Assembly: GCA_016125355.1 (NCBI GenBank) | Contig: WGLX01000006.1 | Location: 109,047 to 173,046 of the forward strand | Direction: 5' to 3' | DNA length: 64,000 bases | Source: Actinomycetales bacterium | GTDB lineage: Bacteria > Actinomycetota > Actinomycetes > S36-B12 | Part shown: positions 62,309 through 64,000 of the stretch, one piece after another | Numbering within the stretch: position 1 is the first letter of the stretch | How the letters are laid out: each line of letters begins with the position of its first letter | Made by a program: the position numbers and the translations under genes | The notes under the pieces: generated by a model | Told to the model about the DNA's origin: nothing | Seen by the model: only the letters and a program-made list of their open reading frames with translations | Databases searched by the model: none

Positions 62309-63238
62309 CTACTCCGCCTCGTCGGCGTCCTCGTCCTCGTCGGTGCGACCGCGTCGACCGCCCCCACGGGAGTTGCGGCTCCACCACCAGCCGAGCCGGG
62401 CGCCTGCGGTGACGGTGGCGAGCAGCGCCTGCAGCCAGGCCAAGAGGATGAGCAGGCTGCTGGCATGACCCTGGTCGGACGTGAACCACAGCGGGCCGAC
62501 CACGCCGCCGAGCACCAGCAGGGCGAGGACGCCGAGCTCGGGCATGGGCAGCCGGTTGACGTAGGCGTCGCGCGCGTAGATCTGGTCGACGAACGCGTCC
62601 TTCGCCGCGTCCGACCGCGACGTCCGCCACGTGCGCGAGGCCTTCTCGAACCCGCGCTCGATGGTCACGCCCCGAGACCACCGGTGATAGCTGAGCCAGC
62701 CCGCTACCGCCATCACCACGACGACGCTCAGCGCCGAGGCGACGGGCAGGGCGATCATCAGGCTCACCGCGAATGCCGCCGAACGGGCCGCCGTCGCGAG
62801 GATGCCCAGGTACGTCTCGATGAGCTCCCGGTCGGCGACCAGGTTCCGCACCCTGCCCTGGTGGTCCCGCGCCCCCAGGGCTGCGAGGTACGAGCGGACC
62901 GACCTGACGACCACGAGATGGGACAACGACAGCAGCGCCAGCCACGCGCCGATGCTCAGGGCGAGCAGCCAGTAGCTCGGGCCCAGGATGCTCTCGGCCG
63001 TGTTGGCCGCGAGTGACGCGAACGGAAGCCCGGCAGCGCCGCCGCCCGCACCCATCGCCTGGTGCGCGAGGGCGAGCGCCATGACGGCGAGCACGCTGAG
63101 CATCAGCGAGAGCGCCGACACGCGGATCGCGAAGGTGCGGCTCTCCCGGGCCCACGCGAGGAACTCCCGTGCCGCCGCCCGCGTTCCGGGAGAGGCGTCA
63201 TCCCTGCCGGCCGGGGTGGCCCTGGGGTGACCCGTCAC
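62309..63238 (-). CDS. polytopic membrane protein with an acidic C-terminal tail (unknown)
   Basis: ORF 62309..63886 trimmed to the GTG at 63238 (GTGA overlap with the upstream glycosyltransferase stop), giving 309 aa and about 6 hydrophobic segments. It ends ...GRTDEDEDADEAE. Confidence 0.6.
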   Translation of the reverse strand: MTGHPRATPAGRDDASPGTRAAAREFLAWARESRTFAIRVSALSLMLSVLAVMALALAHQAMGAGGGAAGLPFASLAANTAESILGPSYWLLALSIGAWLALLSLSHLVVVRSVRSYLAALGARDHQGRVRNLVADRELIETYLGILATAARSAAFAVSLMIALPVASALSVVVVMAVAGWLSYHRWSRGVTIERGFEKASRTWRTSRSDAAKDAFVDQIYARDAYVNRLPMPELGVLALLVLGGVVGPLWFTSDQGHASSLLILLAWLQALLATVTAGARLGWWWSRNSRGGGRRGRTDEDEDADEAE

Positions 63239-64000
63239 TGGACCACGGCTCCCATCGCCTCGCGTGGCTGTGCGATGAGCAACGCCGCCTGCCGCTGCTG
63301 CCAGTCCTCCCGGCGGGCACGGGTGCGGCTGACGTCGATGCCGCGCGTCAGCTCGTCGTGGAACGCATCGTCGACGAGCACGCGCGTCAGGGCCTCGGCG
63401 AGCGCGAGCTCGTCCCGCGGATCGACCGCAACGCACCCGCCGAGGGGAAGGAACTCCGTGAGCGGCGGCACGTTGCTGAGGATCACCGGGCGTCCGACGG
63501 AGAGCGCCTCGATGACCGGGAGCCCGTATCCCTCGGCCAGCGACATGTAGACCACGCCGCGGCTGGCCCTGATGAGCCCCTCGAGCTCGGCGTCGGAGGG
63601 ACGGAAGCGCACGTCGATGTACGTTCCCGCCTTGGCCACCGCCCGGATCTCGTCGACCAGCTGCGGGTCGTCGCGCACGGACCCGATGACCATCACCAGT
63701 CCGAGGCCGGCGTCGTCGGAGAGGGCCCGGGCCGCGGCCCGGAGGACGATGCCGTTGTTCTTGCGCCGGTCGATGCCGCCCATCACGACGAGGTACCGCG
63801 CGGGAGCCGGGAGCTCGACGGTGGAGGTCGCCATCGCACCGAAGTCGGACGGCAGCGGGTCCACGACGATCAGCGGCTCCTCCCACTGCCGGAGCGCACA
63901 GTAGGCGCGGACGTCGGTCGCCACCGCCTGGGAGGCGGCGATCACCACGTCGGTCTCCGACAGCAGTGATCCGAAGCGCGCGTAGGTGGTCACCTCGTCA
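63235..64000 (-). CDS. GT-B glycosyltransferase, C-terminal part (gene continues past the right edge)
   Basis: YLVVMGGIDRRKNNGIVL...VYMSLAEGYGLPVIEALSVGRPVILSNVPPLTEF carries the E(x7)E-type GT4 motif. The frame is still open at 64000. Confidence 0.75.
   Translation of the reverse strand, partial: DEVTTYARFGSLLSETDVVIAASQAVATDVRAYCALRQWEEPLIVVDPLPSDFGAMATSTVELPAPARYLVVMGGIDRRKNNGIVLRAAARALSDDAGLGLVMVIGSVRDDPQLVDEIRAVAKAGTYIDVRFRPSDAELEGLIRASRGVVYMSLAEGYGLPVIEALSVGRPVILSNVPPLTEFLPLGGCVAVDPRDELALAEALTRVLVDDAFHDELTRGIDVSRTRARREDWQQRQAALLIAQPREAMGAVVQ

Noticed and set aside
61851-63155. 434-aa minus-strand ORF
   Set aside because: It is Arg/Gly/Pro-rich and overlaps the vapB region and the better-supported membrane protein frame (62309..63238). 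It is a shadow ORF.

Overview
Very GC-rich, strongly GC3-biased sequence that looks like an actinobacterial (Micrococcales-like) chromosome. All family calls come from motif recognition by eye; no searches were run. Many long ORFs in the track are antisense shadows. Layout: (i) 1-1.8 kb, a translationally coupled trio of unknown genes, one with a sigma-70-like C-terminus. (ii) 1.9-18.3 kb, a Gram-positive type IVa pilus locus: pilA, a 679-aa polytopic membrane protein, pilC, pilT, pilB, a small coiled-coil ORF and a second pilT-like gene, with divergent pilMNO and a minor-pilin operon. (iii) 18.4-25.3 kb, an NlpC/P60 hydrolase, a membrane protein with degenerate GGDEF-EAL domains, a GAF-LuxR regulator and clpX. 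(iv) 25.5-55.6 kb, the main finding: a dispersed lasso-type RiPP super-cluster. It has a PqqD/RRE, an ABC exporter, an Asn-synthetase-like cyclase and a transglutaminase-like B2 peptidase. I also found eight small peptide genes, none called in the ORF track. Five are lasso-like, with a W-x-x-P leader, an invariant register and Gly1...Glu8/9 cores. Three are a second type sharing the leader register but unable to form a lasso ring. Around them sit five HPr-kinase-like domains, three PqqD proteins, sulfotransferases, a nucleotidyltransferase, several glycosyltransferases, two A-PCP-TE NRPS-like proteins, an ATP-grasp, a PhyH dioxygenase, a dehydrogenase/isochorismatase-ALDH cassette and an embedded lsr2. 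(v) 55.6-64 kb, secreted and lipoprotein genes (including a paralogue pair), an Ig-repeat protein, a decayed vapBC and glycosyltransferase/membrane genes. I recognised no rRNA, tRNA, CRISPR array or transposase.
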